This document shows, one piece after another, positions 28,351 to 40,200 of a DNA stretch of 64,000 nucleotides. Positions within the stretch are counted from its first letter, which is position 1. Each line of letters begins with the position of its first letter. The notes below the pieces were generated by a model. It ran no database searches, was not told the DNA's origin, and saw only the letters and a program-made list of their open reading frames with translations. The position numbers and the translations under genes are program-made. The stretch comes from the human T2T-CHM13v2.0 reference genome, Homo sapiens. The stretch is taken from the NCBI RefSeq assembly GCF_009914755.1, contig NC_060925.1; one strand, given 5' to 3'.

Positions 28351-28724
28351 TTTTCAAAGAGAACCATATCAGAAGGGTTTCTTAATAGAACTCAGGGAAT
28401 CTCAAGCAAGCAAACATGGTTCAAGTGGAAACAACCAACCCCTGGGTCTGGAGTGGCAATACTGACAAGAAGAAAAAGCCTCAATAAATTATATTGATAC
28501 CATCATAAAAAGTAATATAGCCTTCAAAAGGCCTAAAACTCTACAAGAGTTATCTAACCAGACTTAAAGAAATAAAAATGTTTTCCTAGCAATAGATATG
28601 AAATCCATACTGATGTGGACAACTCATCAAGAATTTGTCACAGCCCTGGCCAAGGTCTCCAGTGAACTCCACCTCCTCCTGGGACAGGGAAAAAGGCAAG
28701 TCCCCAGGCTTCCCCCGAGGAAGC

Positions 28725-29139
28725 TGTTATAGGTTGAACTGTGTTCCCAGAAAAAAAAAAAATCACGTGTTGAAGCCCTAACCCCCAGTACCTCAGAAAA
28801 CATATGTTTGGAGAAACATAAAAATACAACATTTGGAGATGGGGTCTTTAAAGAGGCAATTAACATAAATGGAGGTCATATTGGTAGCCCATTCCAGTAT
28901 GACTGATGTCCCTATAAGAGGAAGAAATCTGAACACAGACACGCTCAGAGGAAAGGCCATGTGAAGACGTGGAAAGAAGATGGCCGGGCACAAGCCAAGG
29001 AAAGAGGTCTCAAAAGACACAACCCTGCTGAAACCTGGACCTCAGCTTTCAGCCTGGAGAACTGTGAGAAATTCGGTTTCTGTGGTCTGAGCCTCTGTTC
29101 TGTGGTACTTTGTTATGACAGCCTGAGCAAACTAACACA
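28725..29139 (+). mobile_element. MLT1A/B-like LTR
   Basis: tgttataggttgaactgtgttccc...gcaaactaacaca. Confidence 0.8.
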
Positions 29140-29254
29140 GCAGAGAAGCATTCTTCAGGTTCGCCAGGAGTCAGCACTGCCCACACTGAAGGTTCAGTCC
29201 TCACACACAGGCATCTGCTGGGGTCCGAGGCTCCAGCCCAGGGGGGCCGCTTAC

Positions 29255-29334
29255 CTCTGGTCCAGACAAGCCTCCAACCCCAGCGCCCGCAGCTGCTCCC
29301 CCGCTGGATGCGGATCCTCGGCCTTCACCCCCAC
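29255..29334 (-). CDS. SEC16B: SEC16B exon 24 (80 nt) GGGEGRGSASSGGAAAGAGVGGLSGPE
   Basis: ccag|GTGGGG ... CCAGAG|gtaagc. Confidence 0.92.
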
Positions 29335-29462
29335 CTGGAAAGCAATGAGGCAGAGCTGTTTCCTCTGCTCGGGACTGGGGGTCCCCACTCCCAGAAGGCA
29401 CCCCAACCCTTGGGAGTGCTGAGGGGACCACCCATGGCCCAGAGGACGTGAGGTGACGGTAC

Positions 29463-29571
29463 CTCTGCCCCTGGAGAAGGCACTAACATCCGGCAGAGGT
29501 GGGGACTCAGGGGAAGGTGTCAGTGAGAGGCCCAGGCCAGCCTGGTGGGGAGAAGATGCTCTGGGGGTCTC
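29463..29571 (-). CDS. SEC16B: SEC16B exon 23 (109 nt) ETPRASSPHQAGLGLSLTPSPESPPLPDVSAFSRGR
   Basis: aagcag|GAGACC ... GCAGAG|gtaccg. Confidence 0.92.
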
Positions 29572-29978
29572 CTGCTTTGTGGAGAAAGAAAGGCAGCATT
29601 GGCAACATTGGCAGTTAACAAATTGATGCCCGCCAATTTGTGTTCCCACACTCACGATGGCGGCCTTGCCACAAACTGCTGCTGGGCACTCCCCAAAACC
29701 CCCCTCCTCATCCCACTCTTCTGCTCAACAATCCACACTAGCTCCCTACTGCTGACCCTCTAAAGTTACATTTCTTCATCCAAACTTTTTAAAGCTTTTT
29801 TAATCTGCCTTTGCCCTCACAGGACCCATTCATTTCCCACCATATCCCATCACAAAACCTCTGTCTCATGTGGCCTGGGGTAGACTCAGGTGCCAGCTCT
29901 GAGAGCTCCTAGGTGCTGAGGCAGCTCCCTCTGAAAGACCCACAGAGAGGGGCATCCTCCCCCTCCCACAGAGCCTAC

Positions 29979-30077
29979 CTCAGAGTCAGGGCTGTCTGAG
30001 GAGTCCTCGTCTCCAGCGGGGGATGCGTTCTTGGTGGGCTTCGATCGAAACCAGCTGAACCAGCCAAACCCTGAGCT
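29979..30077 (-). CDS. SEC16B: SEC16B exon 22 (99 nt) [33 protein letters not shown]
   Basis: ccag|AGCTCA ... TCTGAG|gtaggc. Confidence 0.93.
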
Positions 30078-30248
30078 CTGGAAGGGGAAGAGGACATTTT
30101 ATGACCTGCAGGTTGGCTTCTTCCCCAACTATGAGGTTAACCCGCCCCCATGTAACCATCAGAGCCCAGACTTCCAAGTCTGCACCACCCTCGAGGAAGG
30201 GAATGGCAGGGGAAGGAAGGCAGGGGAGAGAAGAACAAGTCCCTCCAC

Positions 30249-30401
30249 CTTTGTATGCTCCTTCCCATCTCCGAGCTTGCCTCTCTGGGCAGTATTTCGG
30301 GGAGAGTTTTTATCAGCCTCATCAGAGGACTCCTTCTCATCCTCCTTGGCTGAACTGGCGGAACTCTCAGAAATACTTCGTGCTCTAGCAGCCAATGGTG
30401 T
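30249..30401 (-). CDS. SEC16B: SEC16B exon 21 (153 nt) TPLAARARSISESSASSAKEDEKESSDEADKNSPRNTAQRGKLGDGKEHTK
   Basis: ccag|ACACCA ... ACAAAG|gtggag. Confidence 0.92.
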
Positions 30402-30899
30402 CTGGAATTAAAGAAATAACTCACATTTGCATGGCACTTGACAGGTTACCAAACACATTTGCACATACTCCCTCACCTGACCTGCTCAGAAGGCAGTGGG
30501 ACTGTTGTCTCAGGATCATATTGTACTGAAGAGGAAGGAAGGCTCAGCCATGAAAAATGACTCACTGAAGGTCGCAGGATAAGGACAGAGCCCAAGCCCA
30601 TGTTATCCCTAATTCTACAGACCTTTGTCTGGTGTGCCACCTCTCCAGAAACAGACAGTTTTCAGAACTATGCCAAGGCCTGGAGTAGGGGGTATGGACT
30701 GCTACTGCTGGAGATGAAGAGGGCCAGAAAACAACCCACAGAGGCCCACAAGCTCCCCCCCAAAAAAAAAAAACAGAGAATGTAGCAACCACCAAACATA
30801 ACTCATCTTAGAGCTCATTTCCTAACAGACTTGCTCAAGCTCAACTGTGAACATATGCACCAAAGGGGGGTAAAATACACCCACATCCCTTTACATTAA

Positions 30900-31175
30900 C
30901 TTTTTTTTTTATTGTGGTAAGATAGATACAGGATAAAGCTTGCCATTTTAACTATTTTTAAATGTACAATTCAGTGGCAGTAAGTATACACACAGTGTCG
31001 TACAACCATCACCACTAGCCATCTCCAGAACTTTTTCATCATCCCCATTACCTAACTCCCCATCTCCCCTTCCCCCAGGCCCTGGTCACTGCCATTCCAC
31101 TTTATGTCTCTGAATTTGCCTATTCTATGTATCTCACGTAGGTGGAGTCATATGACATATTGCCCTCTTCTGTTA
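30900..31175 (-). mobile_element. L1MB-like 3' fragment
   Basis: ttgtggtaagata...tgtacaattcagtggca...ccagaactttttcatc. Confidence 0.7.
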
Positions 31176-31259
31176 TATTTACATTTTTTACTCTCAATAG
31201 AGCACAATTGATACAAACCTTTGGAAATACTTTAGGAAAATAAAGAAAAAAACTTTATT

Positions 31260-32108
31260 TTTTATTCAAATGAATATAGTGTTGACTTTGTGCCGGGCAC
31301 TGTTTTAAGGGCTTTATATGTAGTGATTCATTTAATCCTTACAATAGTCCTGTGAGCTAGGTGCTATTATTATCTCATTTTATATATAAGAAAACTAAGG
31401 CACAGAAAGGTTAAGCAACCTGTGTCGGGTCACACAGCTCATAAATGGCACAGCAAAGGTTAAAAGTAGGCTGTCTGGCTTTCCTTCTAGGAATTTCTTC
31501 TAAGTGAATGATTCAAGACATAGACAAGGGCTTATATACTAGGATGACCAGCACTGTGTGTTATATATGAGTGAGAAAAGGAAGGAGGAATGGAGGGAGG
31601 GAGGGGAAAGGACGCAACACTCACAATGATTAACGACAACATGGGAATGATCCACCAGAATGCGAGCTCCTTACCATGGTCGTGGAGGCCCCATAAGTTT
31701 ACCTCTGCTGCCCTCCAGCCTTGTTTCTCAGCCCTCCTCCCTACTGCTCCCCACTCTCAGGGCACAGTGGCTCCCTTGCTCTCCCTTAACTACACCAAGG
31801 GAGCCACTGCAGGGCCTCCAGTCCTGCTGTTTCTCTGCCTCAAACACCTTTCCCCCAGATATTCACCTGGCTCATTTCCATGCTCCACCCTGATCTCCAC
31901 TTGAAGGCCTCCTCAGAGACACCTTCCTTGGCCACCCCTCTGAAGTGAGATGCCTGGCGCGTATAGTTGTCTATTTTTAGTCACTTCCACTAGACTTGAG
32001 CGCCTGAGGTTAGGCTTGGTCTGATGTGCTGATGCCTCCCCAGCCCCTGTGACAGGGCCTGGCACATTGTAGGAACTCAGTGAATATTTCGAATAAATGA
32101 ATGAATAG
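31260..32108. mobile_element. MIR then L2 remnants
   Basis: gaaactaaggcacagaaaggttaag; cctggcacattgtaggaactcagtgaata. Confidence 0.6.
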
Positions 32109-33062
32109 CGCTACTTTCATAAAATCAATTTCGTCATGCCAATATTAAAAATCATATTTATGAATGACATAGAAAAATCTCATAGAGTGTTAAGTAACAG
32201 ATATGAAATAAAGCTTTGCATACATATGTTCTTAGCCATTTAAAAACATGTATATGTGTATAATGTATATACAGATATACATATATGTGAGTATATGTGT
32301 GTATATATAGAAAAATAGTATAAGAAAAGAAAAATATTCTGACTGTTGGATTGAATGATATTTGATTCTTTATATGATACTTCACTATTAGATTTTTCTA
32401 TAACAATAATGTACCACTTCAGTCAGGAAAAAAAAAAAAACGGAAAAACATTAAAGTTTGTTAAGACCTGTACCCCTGTTTTTCTACTTTAAAAAGTTAT
32501 AGGATGTAACCCTCCAACCAGGAGAAGCTGAAGAACGCCTCAGGTTTGGGACCAACACTGCCCATTGCTGAGGGCAGGGGTGTGTCCAATCAGAGCTAGA
32601 TGGAATGATTCACCAGACATGAGGACCTTACAGCCTAACTGAGGAGAAAAGACAGGCAGGCACTGTCACAGCTACCACAGATCTTTCTTTGAAATAAAGC
32701 CAGGTAAAAATTAAAACAAGGAAATATCAACAGTCTTCCATGGCAGGACAGGGTAGGGCAAGCGTTTTGTGCAGCACTGAGAAGATGTCAGAGGTAACAG
32801 AGATCTGAGAGGCCAAAACGAATCAGCTCAGTTGCTCCCTCTCTCCCCATGGACACAGGTTTGTGGGGCTGAGCGTAAACAAGAACACAGCCTCCCGCCC
32901 AGCTCCCAGGAGTTGGAATAGGAAAAGGCAAGGCGAGATGTGGAAGAGAAAGCTGCTGCAACACTGAGGAGGAGCTTGCATGTGGCTGGGAAACCAAGGC
33001 AACTGGTAAAAACCAGAAGCATTTGAGTGGGCAGTGGCATCTTTTATGCTGTGCGCTCTCAC

Positions 33063-33130
33063 CTGTGGTTTGGAAATGACCTCTTGGCCATCAGGAGGCT
33101 GGGAAGTTTCTTGAGACACTGTGTTCTCTC
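33063..33130 (-). CDS. SEC16B: SEC16B exon 20 (68 nt) GENTVSQETSQPPDGQEVISKPQ
   Basis: gcag|GAGAGA ... CCACAG|gtgaga. Confidence 0.92.
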
Positions 33131-33978
33131 CTGCATCACAAACAGAAATGGAAATAGCAATTGGAAGTTGTGCTTTTCCCATCTATCCTGAAGAAGGGTA
33201 ACTGGGACACAATCAGCTTTCTTAACTGCAGCAGAAGCTCGGAGCCCATAAGCCCAAGCCAATCACAGCAAATACAAAGAATGCTCACGTAGCTCATCTC
33301 AATCCCAGCCACCCCAGGACATGCTGTTCAACTCATCCTCTACTTCCAAAGCCACTCTTCAGGAATCTTGGAAATCAGAGCAACATCAAGCTAGGTCACA
33401 GGGATCCTCCACCACTCCTCTCCATCTGAGCCTCCATCTTGGACAGGACCTAATCCTGGAAGGTCTAAGAGCTAATCATTCTAGATGGCTTCCACCATCT
33501 CCCTGGCATCACTCAGCATTGCTTACCCATACTCAGCCCTTGTTGTCGAAGGTCTGATGGGCCTGAAGAAACTCGGGACCAAGACAGAAACATGGGTTTC
33601 TGCTGGAGAGCCTGATAGTAAGCTCTTGAGTGCAGGATGATTGGAGAAAGAGAACTTGGCCTATATTTTTCCACCCTGTAATCGCTCTCCTAGAAACTAT
33701 GTAATCATTTGGATGGCAGGAGTGGCTCCATTTGCCCTGCTGTACCCAGTGGAGAGATGGACTGGGCTGGAAGATAGCAATCTCCTTCAGATGTATGCAA
33801 AGCACCAATACAGTGGCTGAAAACTAGCAGGCCCTCCGTAACGGGCACACATCCACGCATCTGTGTCTTTCCCAGCTCCAACCCTACCTCCTCTGACTGG
33901 TCCCACCACCTCCCTTTCCTGCTTCCTCCCCACCCAGACCCTACATTCAATGTGGCCACCCTAGCGGCCAGGTCTTAC

Positions 33979-34278
33979 CAGGGCCCAGGTGTGTCTGCAG
34001 CATTTCCTCCCAGACTGTTCCTCCAGTGGCCTCTGTCACTGCCACGCTGCTGCCAGTCCCTGGTAGATGGGTCTCAGGAACTGAGTAAAAAGGCCTCGGT
34101 GTCCCTGTCTGCCCTGCACCCCCTCCTGCTGGGTAGGAGCCCGGCTGGAGGGGAAAGGGCTGCTGTGGGCTGGGCTGGAGCAGGCAGGTCTGCTCAGGTG
34201 TCAGCCACAGAGCTGAGCGGTACCCAGGGGCTTCAGAGTAGCCTTGACATCCAGAAAAGTCCTGGTAGAAAGTGTTTT
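33979..34278 (-). CDS. SEC16B: SEC16B exon 19 (300 nt) [22 protein letters not shown]...[12 protein letters not shown]
   Basis: cttag|AAAACA ... GCCCTG|gtaaga. Confidence 0.92.
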
Positions 34279-34499
34279 CTAAGGACGTGGAACAAAGGTA
34301 AAGAAGTCAGACCTGAAATGCGGCATTTGCATACTGATCACACCAGAAACATTCCTGCTTATGTCTTCTTTGGAAAGCAGTCACAAGGACGAGCTGTCTA
34401 ATGCGGCTTCCAGTAACATGATGACAAGTAAAACACAGTGATTGTAACATCCTCATTGCTGTTTACAGAATTTTGTTTGTTTGTTTTTTTCTTCACTAG

Positions 34500-35402
34500 T
34501 GTACCCTAAAAATAAAATCCTAAGCTCCTCCATTGACTTAACAGACTCCCTTTTGGCCAAGGGGACCCCAGAAAAACCTTAAAAACTGAGTTCCCAGCCA
34601 TGACAGGATGGGAGGTGAGACACCCCTCATTATACCCCCTCTCTTTTGCAGTTTAGACACAACTGACCAGCATTAATGTTAAAACAGAGATCTTAAGACT
34701 AACAGAAAAGACTCTTGGTGGCCATAAGATACCAAACTATACACAGAACCTAAAGCCCTGCCAGGCAATGGTTAAGTCCCGCACCCCTACACCTTAAGAA
34801 AAAACTGCGTTCTCACGGCCACAAGGTTTTTTTTCTCTGGCAGCTCAACAAGCACTGGCCTCAAGATGAGCAATGTTAGAACAATTACAACTCATTCCAT
34901 TCACAAATGCTGACTAAATGAGCCTCCGTTCCATCAGCCATGACCACAGCTTTGATTGGACAAGACTGATATCAGTAACTTTCTCCAGATAAGAAGACCA
35001 CCAACCATGAACTGGGTCTGGCCAGTTTACAGAGGCTCCCCACTTCAGTGCTTCTGTGTCCCGAAAAGATCTTTTGACGCATAGGGCCTAACTGTAATAC
35101 ACTTAAAGGATAAGTCTCCACCCCAAGGTGAACATGGGTCATGTGTTACACGCACATTAGTTCATTATCCATGTGTGAGGACCTCCTTTGTGAACAGTCA
35201 CAGCTCCTCCTATAACCTGTTAAATATGTATGTTTGATCAACCCATTCAACTTAAATTCTTGTCTTACCTCTCCTTCCCTCAAAGTGCCTGGCTATACTT
35301 CCCAGCCTGCGGGATGGCCACCTTGCAGGATGGAACCCTTTGTAAGAAATAAAGTCTCCTTTCCAAATGTACACATTGTATGACTTTTTTTTTAAGTTAA
35401 CA
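34500..35402 (+). mobile_element. MER4-family (ERV1) solo LTR, about 900 bp, antisense to SEC16B in intron 18
   Basis: TGTA..aaaataaaatcctaagc..ggccaaggggacccc start; AATAAA 35348-35353; ends ttaaCA. Confidence 0.82.
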
Positions 35403-36466
35403 CTGCCTTGTATGATCCCTGAGCCTCTAGCCAGTGGGTTGGGAGGGCTGAAATTACCATCCTATCTAACTCCACACCTTTTTATTTTTTGATAAATTAT
35501 TTCTTCTTTAAGGACTTCCTGATGGACATGGGTATTTAAAACTTAGAAAGCTTCCAGCTAAAAACCCAAATCAGACCACAGAAATCATGGCTCTGTTCTT
35601 AAGGAATCAGAGTACATTTGCCCTGGAAAAGACCTGACTGGTAACATAAACTAAGGTGTGGACCTATAACAAGATTGGTCACAGGACTGGCATGGGTGGC
35701 CAACCCGCCTGCTCCACTGGGCACCAAGGCATCAGGAGGCAGGGCTGTGGGGAAGCACAATCCACAGGCACCCAGCCGGGCTCTCCTCCACCCCCCACCT
35801 TTACAGATCCTGCTACACAGTGAGAAACAGAAGCCAAGGCCTGCCCTGCCCACCCTTCCCTTTGCTCACGCCTGAGGAAGGACACAGGGCTGGGAAGAGA
35901 CGGGGGCCCTTTCCCGGCCCTACTGCAGGGGGAACTTGGGGAAAGGGTACAGAGTTAACCAGGGATATGGTGCCTGCCAACACACCATTGGGAATCATCC
36001 CAAGGGAAGAGTGGAGATGCCATGAAAACATTGAAACATACTTATTCCACAATCATCTGGCAATCACTAGCTCAAAACTCTTAAGGACTTCTGACATCCC
36101 CAGCACTCACATAAGATACAGATGAACCACAATCTCTGGACTCAAGAAATGTATCCAGCTGGAGAGAAGTTATTAACATAGGAGAAAGAATTGGCTAACA
36201 ATACAGTGCAACACAAAAAACACTCAGATATTTAAAAACCTGAATCATGAAGCAGAAGCTCAGACTGAGGGAACTTAGAAGTGTTAGGGATGTGTGAGGC
36301 TGGCAGGAGCTGGGTGGAGAAGGCGCCTGGACAACGGGGCGGACTTACACAGGCAAGGCAGGCACCCTGGGAAGCAAAGGGCGAGTGCTTTCATAAATTA
36401 CTTTGTCTCGTAGAATCAGATCCTGAGCGTCAGCTATGTATATGCTCAGTTCATCATTTTGGGTAC

Positions 36467-36542
36467 CTGTTGTTGTTCCTCCGGCTCCCGAAATATCTGA
36501 GCGAGTAGGATGAGGATCCCCAATGTCTCCTGCTACCTTTTG
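36467..36542 (-). CDS. SEC16B: SEC16B exon 18 (76 nt) QKVAGDIGDPHPTRSDISGAGGTTT
   Basis: aatag|CAAAAG ... CAACAG|gtaccc. Confidence 0.9.
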
Positions 36543-37374
36543 CTATTTAAAATAAAGTAAAATTCCTTTTAAGCAGCACAAAGGAAAAACAAGAACAGAG
36601 AAACAAAGTGATTCAAAACTTAAGCCAAAAAGAAACTTCCAGTGGGAAAGACAAGGTAAGGGAAATGCTTGTATGCTTAGGGGCCTGGGGGGTCACGTGG
36701 ACAGGGCTCCCAGCTCTGCTCAGAGCAGGCAGAGATGGCTGGAGACCAGAGTCATCCACCCTCCCCTGAAGGAAGGAGCGCATGGAAAGAACTAAACTGT
36801 AGGCCTCAGCACGTGCAGCAGATAGAAGGGGTAGAGGCTGTGTGTGCTTTAAAAAATCCACCCTGTCTTTTCTTCAGAGCAGAATGGGAAAAAGAAAATG
36901 GAGGAGGCCCTGTTCCAATTACTGTTCCAATTACAACCAGCAGCTTTTGCAATTGTCAGAACAAAAAGGAAAAGGCCCGGAAGTCTTTTAAGCAATTGCC
37001 CCACATTACATGAAAGTGACACTGGTCCACTGTGATCCATTGTTCCTAGCGGAGATGGGGAAGCTTTGATGGTCATGAAACATATTCTCTGGGGCCTCAG
37101 GGAAGGATGGCAAGAGTGACTGGGAAGAGCACCCCACCGTGTCACATGCGAACATAGGAAAACGCTTCCACACAGGGGACAAGCAGTGGCAGGGAAGCTG
37201 AGTCCCACCCCTTGCGCAGACACCAACTGTGCCTCATGGGTGATGGGAGAGACCAGGGTGAGGCATGGGGACCAGGGACTTGCTAATGTCAGTGCCTACC
37301 TGTTCCATGTCTAGGGGTGGGAAGAGGGAAACAAAGGCCAGTCCCCCCAACGCCCTGGCTCCAATCCCACTCAC

Positions 37375-37479
37375 CTCCAGCTGCCTCCGAAGTTGCGCTA
37401 GCCAATCTGGCTCCAGGTCCCTGTCTCCACTGCGTCTTTCTAAAACCAGAGGATCTGACAGCTTCAGTTTCTCTGCTAG
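37375..37479 (-). CDS. SEC16B: SEC16B exon 17 (105 nt) [35 protein letters not shown]
   Basis: acag|CTAGCA ... CTGGAG|gtgagt. Confidence 0.94.
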
Positions 37480-37772
37480 CTGTGCCAGGTTTCCAGATGG
37501 GTTAGGGGCAGAAAGTAAGAGAGGAGAGGAGAGAGAGGGAAGAGAAATGGAAAGACAACGGGGAAGAGAAAACAAGGAAAAAGGAGAAAGAGAGCCTTAA
37601 CTAACTTGTAAATTACATTATAAAAAATAATCGAAAAACAGCAAATTCAGCAGATATCCTCCCAAAATTGCAACATAAATAAACAACCCGTCTTGGGTGC
37701 TAGATTCTAAATAAAATATGAGGAGAAACAGTTACTCAGCTTCATTTCTCTGCAAAGCTGTCTGCTCTGTAA

Positions 37773-37920
37773 CAGTGTTTCTCAAACTTAGGGTATACAT
37801 AGGAATTTTGTTAAAATTCTAATTGTAAACTTGTTAAAATGCTAATTCTGATTCCATACGTCTGGGCAGGGCCTAAGAGTCTGCACTTTTAACCAGCTCC
37901 CAGGTGATGCTAATGTTACT
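37773..37920. mobile_element. MER5A fragment
   Basis: cagtgtttctcaaact...ctcccaggtgatgctaatg. Confidence 0.65.
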
Positions 37921-38664
37921 TTGTATTTCAAGGATTTATTCCATAAACAAGTTTTAGTTACTGAAACTTTTCTAATAATTCATTCTGGATCCCTGAGCTC
38001 CTTGCAACCATCAACCTGTTGGCAGAAACTTCAGGGTATGGGGAGGCTCACCACCACAAATTTTATACGTTAAAGAAGCCAGCACTTGGGCCTCATCTAT
38101 GGCAAAGCAAAAATTTAAGGGTAGGCTGCTTTTTTACTCTCTAGCTAATGGATTTTTCTTCAATTAATTGAAACAACTATTTGCTTGATTGTTGTTTTCT
38201 TTCCTAGGAACTAAAGGTTGATATGTTTTTGTTTTCTATTTTAAATGTACCTCACATGTGACAAAATATTCCATGCATTTAAAAGCATTTTAATAAGGAT
38301 CATTTACTCTTTTAATCACTAAAATATATTTTCTAAGCCCAGCTTTTATAATTAGAATGGTTCACCGTAGCATGTAGTTTTACTGTACCAGAAAAGCAGA
38401 TGCAAGAATGAATTTCTTGAGTAACACACACATGGTTTCCAGTCTCCAATCCCACCACCACCCGCCCAGAGAAGATCCTTCTTTGTGTAGTGTTGGGCCT
38501 CTGCTTATCGCATCTGGGCATGCATACATGGTCAAAGATGGCCGTGGGCTCCAATTTTATGGCATGTTCAAAGAAGATGAAATGTAGAGTCTAAGCTGCT
38601 CTACGATGGCTTTCTCTGAATAGTGAAGATAAAACAACTGCACAGAACCCTTTGAGAGGCTCAC

Positions 38665-38805
38665 CTTGATGAGTTCCACTAATAGCACAGGGTGACTGCT
38701 CTCTCCCTGGCTCAAGACAGCTGCACCAATGGCTTCGCAGTAATGCAAAGCCTGGGACACGAGGCCATAATCTGCCAGACGGGAAGCATAAAGGAGCTTA
38801 TACAC
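38665..38805 (-). CDS. SEC16B: SEC16B exon 16 (141 nt) [47 protein letters not shown]
   Basis: acag|GTGTAT ... ATCAAG|gtgagc. Confidence 0.95.
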
Positions 38806-39165
38806 CTGTGAAGAGAAAAGAGTCAGTGACTAGTCCATCCAGGCAGGGAGAGAAGGAGAAAGAAACATAGATAAGACTTCTTGGAAGTCAGCTGTCAGTT
38901 TCCGCTAACTCTGGCATCCAAATACCAAGAGGCTTGTGCCATTTGGAGCATTTTATCTATGCACGGGCACAACTCCAAATCCAGCCTGCAGTTCCTGCAT
39001 TACAGAGAAAAGAACAGGAGTCCCATCCGCTCAAACTTCCTAGGTCCTGGTCACCATGCAAAGTGCACTGGAGTCCTTATTTATTGGGTAGCCCCACATA
39101 TCCAGAGAGTCTGATGTAGAGGCATAGCACCAGGCACAAGACGGACATTAAAAGAAGCAAAAATA

Positions 39166-39459
<294 letters not shown>

Positions 39460-40066
39460 CTAGTGCAAAGGGCGTCAAGCTAATGGAGAGTACTGAGAAA
39501 AACAAGTAAGCGCTCGTGAAAGCATGAGTGGCAGGGCAGGATCAAGTGTGAGGGCTTTGGTATCAGACAGACCCAAGTTCAAATAAAAGCTCCATGCGAG
39601 GTGTGAAACATTGGGCTAGTTACCTCATCTCTCTGTGCCTCGGTTTCCTCTCTACAACATGGGAATACTACTACTACCTACTCCCTTGGTTGTTATGGAG
39701 ATTAAATGAGATAATTCAGGTAAAGTACTGAGAACAAACCGCATGCAAGAGATGAGGGCCGATAGCATGTTACCCTTCCGGGCCTCCGTTTTCTCTTTCG
39801 TAAAAGGAAGTTAATCATGCCTACCTCACAGGATTCGAAACAATACACAAGAAGAGTAATGCCACAATGCCAGGCACGCAGAAGCTAATCTCATTACTAT
39901 CAGCCCCAAGCAGCACCAAAATAACTGACAGGTGGGATGAATAAAGAAAGGAAAGAAAAAGAGACCAAAGAGCCGGTCGAGGAACTGCAAAGAGGAGCTC
40001 ATGGGGCAAGGTTTTGCTGGAAAAGGTGAGTCTTTGGCAAAGCCCTTAAAAAAGAGAAGATGCTAT

Positions 40067-40200
40067 AGGACAAATGCCTAATGCATGCAGGGCTTAAAAC
40101 CTAGATGACAGGTTGATAGGTGCAGCAAACCACCATGGCATATGTATACCTATGTAACAAACCTGCACATTCAGCACATGCATCCCAGAACTTAAAGAAA
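40067..40200 (+). mobile_element. Very short L1PA7/8-like 3' end
   Basis: ggcttaaaacctagatgac...cccagaacttaaag; TSD aaaagagaagatgcta/aaaagagaagaagcta. Confidence 0.85.

Noticed and set aside
30078-30248. Retention of 171-nt intron 21 (multiple of 3, weak donor) as an in-frame insert
   Set aside because: In-frame stop at 30159-30161, far from the last junction, so an NMD target rather than an insert
33952-34401. 149-aa antisense ORF over exon 19 (and similar ones over exons 10, 17 and 21)
   Set aside because: Expected shadow ORFs opposite GC-rich coding exons
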